DNA from: Lama glama
Taxonomy: Eukaryota
Length of the DNA: 64,000 bases
Assembly (NCBI GenBank): GCA_028534125.1
Contig: CM052849.1
Location: 18,786,001 to 18,850,000, forward strand
Direction of reading: 5' to 3'
Shown: positions 58,701 through 64,000 of the stretch, one piece after another
How positions within the stretch are numbered: position 1 is the first letter of the stretch
How the letters are laid out: each line of letters starts with the position of its first letter
The notes under the pieces: generated by a model
What the model saw: the letters and a program-made list of their open reading frames with translations, nothing else
Told to the model about the DNA's origin: nothing
Databases searched by the model: none
Made by a program: the position numbers and the translations under genes

Positions 58701-60178
58701 AAGCGGCCACGTCTGCAGCTGAGACAGGAAACCAGTCTGGGGAGGGGAGAGGACCTAGCTTTACACCTGCTGCCCGGAGCAGGACCGGAGCCGGAGCGGG
58801 CGGAGCCCTCCCAACACAGCACGTGATACACCGGAAACCCTTCGTGGGCTTCAAGTTGTTTCACCCCCGAGAGAGCACAGACGCTGGGCCTGCAGAGAGC
58901 CTTCCAGAAAGCTCTGCGTTTTCCTGGAGGAAGCAGGGGTCCCTGCTGGATGAGCAGACTCTGAGAACGAGGAAGGAGGGAATCAGTGAGTTCAGTGCAG
59001 GGAAATCCTTATCTCATCAGTTTCCCTACGTCCTTCGAGGGTTTAATGCTGAGGCTTTTCACTGAGTTCAGCTGCCTCACGCAGCTATTTCTTTGGGGAA
59101 AAAAATACATTTTTCATTGTTTAAATAGGGAGTTAGAAAAATCAATCTACATAACAAGGCCATTTTTAAAGGCTAATTTGGTGGAAATCATAGGAAGAAT
59201 GTAGAAAATCAGTTTTTCCCTCCTAGTGTGGACCTGAGGTCTTTTCTATTTATATGCAAATATCAGACGCCTGAACCCGTTTTATGTTTTACAGTTTTGA
59301 AATACGGCCTATTTCATAAACGTTAGATTAATGAAGTCCCGATAAGATAGTGAGGGCTTTAAGAAAGCGGTTTAGGAGATGCATTCTTAGAAGTACATTC
59401 TCCAACAGATACTTCTTTGTATTAAACCACAAAGAGAATTTTAACTTTTAAATGTGATCTATTCTGGGTTTTTTTTTTCTTTTTTTGCGTTGCTCTAAGA
59501 ACACGTTGATCCTTGCTTAAAGAAAAATAATGAAATGTGACATTTAAAAAATAGACACCAGCCTTGTAGCAGCAAATCCAAGTAGCCGATACTCCAGCTT
59601 TGCTTGGAAATGTCTGCAAACTTCCTTTATGTAATGACCTTCTGTTCAGAGAGTCTTTTCTTAGTTCTGCAGTATTTCCCTGGGTTCTAGTTGATTGCCT
59701 GAGCTTTAGGCGTACTTAACTCCCCTCCTTGAAGAAAAATATGACGCAGATTAGCTGAAATATCTGTTTTTAATCTACTGCCACATCATAATAAGTTGCA
59801 AAGCGCTTTGGTTCAGGCAGAAAGATGATTTACCCTAGAGAGTGGCTATTTGGAGAAAAGTCGGCCTGATTTGTAACCACCTTGCTGCAGGAAGGCCGCG
59901 CAAGTGAATTCAGCCTTATTTCTATGGCTCCGGAATAGGGCCAGAACATAAGCCAAAGAGAAAACAAGAAAGGAGGCCTTAGACTGGTGTTCCGGGTAGA
60001 TTTCAAACCCAGAGGCGGGCTGGGGAGGGCGGGGCTGTTGCTGGAGGTTCTGCACGGACTTCAGACCCCGCCTGGCCGGCCACAGGCAGCATGCTTCCAC
60101 CCCCACTCCTGGCAGCCGGCCATGCCGAGTCTGAGTCCTGCGTGTGTTTGCTTGCATATTCAGGTTTAAAAAAAAATC

Positions 60179-60641
60179 TTTTTTTTAATTTAAGTATAGT
60201 TGAATTATAATGCTGTGTTAGTTTTTGGTGTACAGCATAGTGATTCAGTTATACATGTATATACATATTTTCCATACTTTTTATCACTATAGGTTATTAT
60301 AAGATATAGAATATAGTTCCCTGTGCTGTACAGTAGGACCTTCTTATCTATCTATTCTGTACATAGTAGTTTGTATCTGCTAATCCCAAACTCCCAATTT
60401 ATCCCTCCCCCACTTTCCCCTTTGGTCACCGTAAGTTTGTTTTCTATATCTGTGAGTTTATTTCTGGTTTGTAAAAAAGTTCATTTGTGTCATTTTTTTT
60501 AGATTCCACCTGGAAGTGGTATCATATGATATTTGCCTTTCTCTGGTTGGCTTACTTCACTTGGCATGATCATCTCTAGGTCCATCCATGTTGCTGCGAA
60601 TGGCATTATTTCATTCTTTTTAATGGCTGAGTAGTATTCCA

Positions 60642-60678
<37 letters not shown>

Positions 60679-60730
60679 TGTGTGTCTCACAACTTCTTTA
60701 TCCATTTACCTGTCAGTGGGCACTGAGGTC
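60179..60730 (-). mobile_element. L1 3' end containing a (TG)n(CG)n(TG)n microsatellite
   Basis: tttaagtatagttgaattataatg...ccatccatgttgctgcgaatggcattatttcattctttttaatggctgagtagtattcca; microsatellite at 60642-60685. Confidence 0.92.
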
Positions 60731-61296
60731 TGTATTCTAGCTGCAGAGGAGTCTAAGAAAGCAAGTCGCTGGCATTTTCAGTTTTTATGGCAACTGACAA
60801 TCTGCAACTCACATCAAGATTTTGCAGGTAAAGAATTACCCAAGCAGAAGAAAGGATTTCAAATGTTTCCCATGTTTGTGAAGGAGGTCATACCAATGGC
60901 TTCATCCCTGCTAATAAAACTCCAGTTTTACTCCCAAGGGCAGCCACATACCCATGGAAGTAGGTGACCCCCAAAGTCGCAAAGAGGAATCAGGGGTCTA
61001 GACCAGTCCTGGTGACCCTCTTTCTCTCTGCCTGTCCTCGGTCGTGGAGCAGGTAAATATGAAATCGGTTGGAGGCATCTGAGAAGACTGTGGATAGAAG
61101 CATTCTTCTCTGCTTGATCCACTCCAGCCTTCCTGGGATGCTTGGAGCTACACAGTTCTTTATCGCCCAGAGAAGAAAGTCAGGAGATCACGGTCTGGGG
61201 AGCCACTGCTGTGCTATTACAGAGCTTCTGAGCCCCCTCACCCTGCTCCCTCCACACCTCTGAGTTTAAGCCATTATTAGTTGGGTATTCTGAGAG

Positions 61297-61540
61297 GGAG
61301 CCGGGATGGAAATCAGGGAATATGACCCCAAACCCTTCCCTCCCCAGTGAACATCCCACTCATTCATTTGCATGCTCTATGTAACCAGCTTGCCGAAGAA
61401 GCTCAGCACAGCTGCTCACCTGAGTCTGCCCGCATGCCCCGGAGAGCATCACTCAACATATCCTCACTTTGTTTTCTTAACCTCTGTATCTCGTCTCGGA
61501 ATTCTTTCTGCAACAAGACAAGAACCTAATCTCTGGCAAC
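61297..61540 (+). mobile_element. ERV1-type LTR 3' part
   Basis: Paralogous to 8855-9075; ends with U5-like tcgtctcggaattctttctgcaacaagacaagaacc...ggcaac. Confidence 0.8.
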
Positions 61541-62329
61541 TCCAGCAGGCCTGGCCCCAGTTAGGTGGATCCATGGAGTATGGCTCTGCCCAAGGCACAG
61601 GAATCCAGAGTCACTGGACTCCTGCTGTCATTGCCCACCAGTCCCTGGTGACTCGCTCATTTGAACTGGCCCATCTTCCTCACTATGAGCATCCAGGAGA
61701 CAGCTCCACACTGGCTTCTTGGCTACACCGTCCAAGGCAAGTTTATGGGAGGCAGGTAGCCATTTGTCTGGACAATTTGAAGCTTTCAGGTCAAGAGCCC
61801 ATGGGGGCGGACTGGAGTCATCTGGTCGTGAAGAGTAATCAGTCAACCTAGGACCCCCCAGTGCAGACAGGGCACGCTTTGGAAGGGGACAAAGCAAAAC
61901 TCATATACAGGGCACCTACTCTACGCCAGGCACTGAATTTTCAGAGGGGAATTTGACTTTTCCCACTGTAGGGCGGAGAAAACAGAGGCGCATGGGTGTT
62001 ACACGCTGAGACACTGAATAGACACACAGAAAATGAGCAGACTGTGGATGACTCTAGAACTCCGAGCCCCGGTCTTTGCAGGAACCTGGACAGGGAGCCA
62101 AACCGCCACCTCCACCACAGCAACCAGCTGAGAACGTCTGGAGCTTTGGTCAACAGTGTCCCTGTTTTTGCACCTCCTTCCAACTCAGAACCAGAGGAAA
62201 GCTAAACGTCAGGGGATGTCGATTCCTGGGCGGCGCGGACATCAGCTTGGCAGTGAAATTTCAGCAGAGAATGCAAGCTGCCTTATTTCAGTAAGATAGC
62301 AACTAGCTTGTATAAACGTTTCTGGAAAT

Positions 62330-62455
62330 GCTCTCAGTTCATCCTCATGATAATCCTCAAAGGCAAGTTCCTCAATGATCCCCATTTCACAGGGAAGGAA
62401 ACAAAGGCTCAGAGGTGCCCACGTGTTCAAGACTGCAAAGCTTGGACCCCGATCC
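62330..62455 (-). mobile_element. MIR SINE
   Basis: atcctcatgataatcct...gatccccatttcacagggaaggaaacaaaggctcagagg. Confidence 0.75.
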
Positions 62456-63019
62456 AAGGCAGGCCAATGTCTCCTCCCTCGGACCCTTGTCACGCGGAGG
62501 CTGGAGGAGTTCAAGAGCAGCGAGCATCTCCTCTCAGCACCAGCAGAGGGCCCAGCCCTCCACGGGCTGGTGCCCGATGCTAAGCTCTCTGCCATCTTCT
62601 TGCCTTTCAGAAGGGGTCCGTTTTGCTTTAGACGAAGTCCTTCACAATGTGGGGACCATCTACAAAACCAGGAAGACTGATGGATGGGGAACGACCCAGT
62701 GGTGCTTCTGGTGTCTGAGCATCCCCACAGGACGTGCAGGAATAGAGAAACTGGTCATCGTGCGGCCAGAACAAACCACAGGCCACAAATTCAGGGGGTC
62801 AAGATGTAAAACTGTTCTTATGTAATTCCAGTTTCTGCTCTGAGCCTCCATTCTACCTTCATCCGTTTGGATGTCCTCAGGCAAGATCCTTGCTTCCTCA
62901 TCTGTGACCCTGGGCACTGCAGCAGGACCCACAGCATGGGTCAATTGGATTACATGAACCCATGTACACAAAGCATTTGCAAGACTGCAAAACACGGTCT
63001 TTATTGTTCTCCATCGCTA

Positions 63020-63222
63020 TTTTTGTTTTTGTTTTTGTTTTTGTTTTTTTGTTGTTGGGTTTTTTTTGCTCTTGTTTTGGGGGTTTTCTTATTTTTATTT
63101 CTTGTTTTTTGGGTGGGGAGGTAATTAGGTTTATTTATTTATTTTAATGGAGGTGCTGGGGACTGAACCCAGGACTTCGTGCATGTGAGGCATGCACTCT
63201 ACCACTGAGCTACACCCTCCCT
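63020..63222 (-). mobile_element. tRNA-derived SINE (Vic-1-like, long-tail form) with a ~90-nt degenerate A tail
   Basis: (ttttg)n-rich tail, ggggaggtaattaggtttattt, tggaggtgctggggactgaacccagg...ctaccactgagctacaccctccc. Confidence 0.92.
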
Positions 63223-63384
63223 CATCATCATCATTGACATGGGTCTCCCCTGCTTTTTCTAAGAGGTGTTTCAGAATTCAGGGAAGCGTGTATGGACTCT
63301 TGGTTATATGGTCCACGTCGTCATCTGGCCCACGTGGCTTCCCCTGAGATTCTCTCTTCCGCCCCTGCATCCCAGGTAACTGGG

Positions 63385-63572
63385 GCCCGCAGGTTGCTCT
63401 AACTAGCCACCTGGGGCTAGCTAAACTAAAATTCAATAATATTAAAACTTCAGTTCCCTGGTTACACTCGCCACCGTTCAAGTGCTCCGTTGCCATGTGG
63501 GGCTAGTGGCTGCCAAGTTGGATAATGTACATACAGACGTTGTCACGGATGGTTCTGTTGGACAGCCCTGGT
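63385..63572. mobile_element. MER3-like hAT-Charlie MITE
   Basis: actagccacctggggcta...ttcagttccctggttacactcgccac...tcaagtgctc...atgtggggctagtggctgcc...ttctgttggacagccctg. Confidence 0.85.
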
Positions 63573-64000
63573 CTACACTGTTCTTGTTTCCTGAAAGTCC
63601 CTTCTCTGCCCAGTAAGTCTCTGTCTCTTCGCTGGTGTTACTGGGCACACAGGGATCCATGCTGCCAACCCCATACCACTATCGGCAGCTGGAAACTCTA
63701 CTTTTGTGAATATTGTGGTATATGAGATTATGGAAGAAATTAAGAGAAAATTGGCTTCTGAAAAATGTAAAGATAACATTAGCAAGTATAATTATTTTTT
63801 GAAAAACAAGCTAGAGTCTCTTTTGTAAGAAAAAATGTACAGTTCAGTATTTAGGAAATATTTGTGCTGCGCTCTGTGTTCAGTGATACAGTCGCCATCT
63901 TCTCTGCCCATAGCACGTACTGGATAATAGTTCAAATGAAGATTAATTGAAAGATTTTACTTTGCCAAGAAAACAGAAGCCTGCGCTCATTAATCCTGGT

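Noticed and set aside
60499-60705. ORF resembling the L1 ORF2 C-terminus (EYYSAIKKNEIMPFAATWMDLE)
   Set aside because: Real L1 homology, but a truncated, microsatellite-interrupted fossil rather than a functional CDS.
62533-62553. REST/RE1-like tcagcacc half sites (also ~8595, ~11744, ~49787)
   Set aside because: The right half-site GGACAG is missing or mis-spaced.

Overview
Mammalian genomic DNA, most likely a camelid (Camelus/Vicugna/Lama), inferred from seven copies of a short tRNA-derived SINE matching my recollection of Vic-1 plus cetartiodactyl-type L1 3' ends. The window looks intronic or intergenic. I recognise no protein-coding exon, rRNA, genuine tRNA or CRISPR array, and the supplied ORFs read as chance frames in GC-rich or repeat DNA, or run through N gaps. 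Most of the recognisable content is interspersed repeats: MIR, L2, L1 (young 3' tips and old L1MC/L1MA-type), MaLR/ERVL LTRs, ERV1 solo LTRs (two with intact 4-bp target-site duplications, TSDs) and hAT-Charlie fossils. There are seven assembly gaps. Repeat subfamily names are from memory and need RepeatMasker confirmation. The most unusual signals are: (i) patches where ancient repeats carry concentrated AT->GC changes and CpG gain, suggesting GC-biased gene conversion; (ii) two adjacent perfect hairpins in one LTR copy that are absent from its paralogue in the same window, suggesting template switching; (iii) a 30-bp VNTR built from a ZNF143-like motif and collapsed in a gap; (iv) a ~76-nt hairpin enclosing an RFX-like X-box; (v) AT-rich homeodomain-motif blocks resembling conserved enhancers, and isolated strong minus-strand splice donors. 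I cannot support a claim of a new gene system from this sequence alone.
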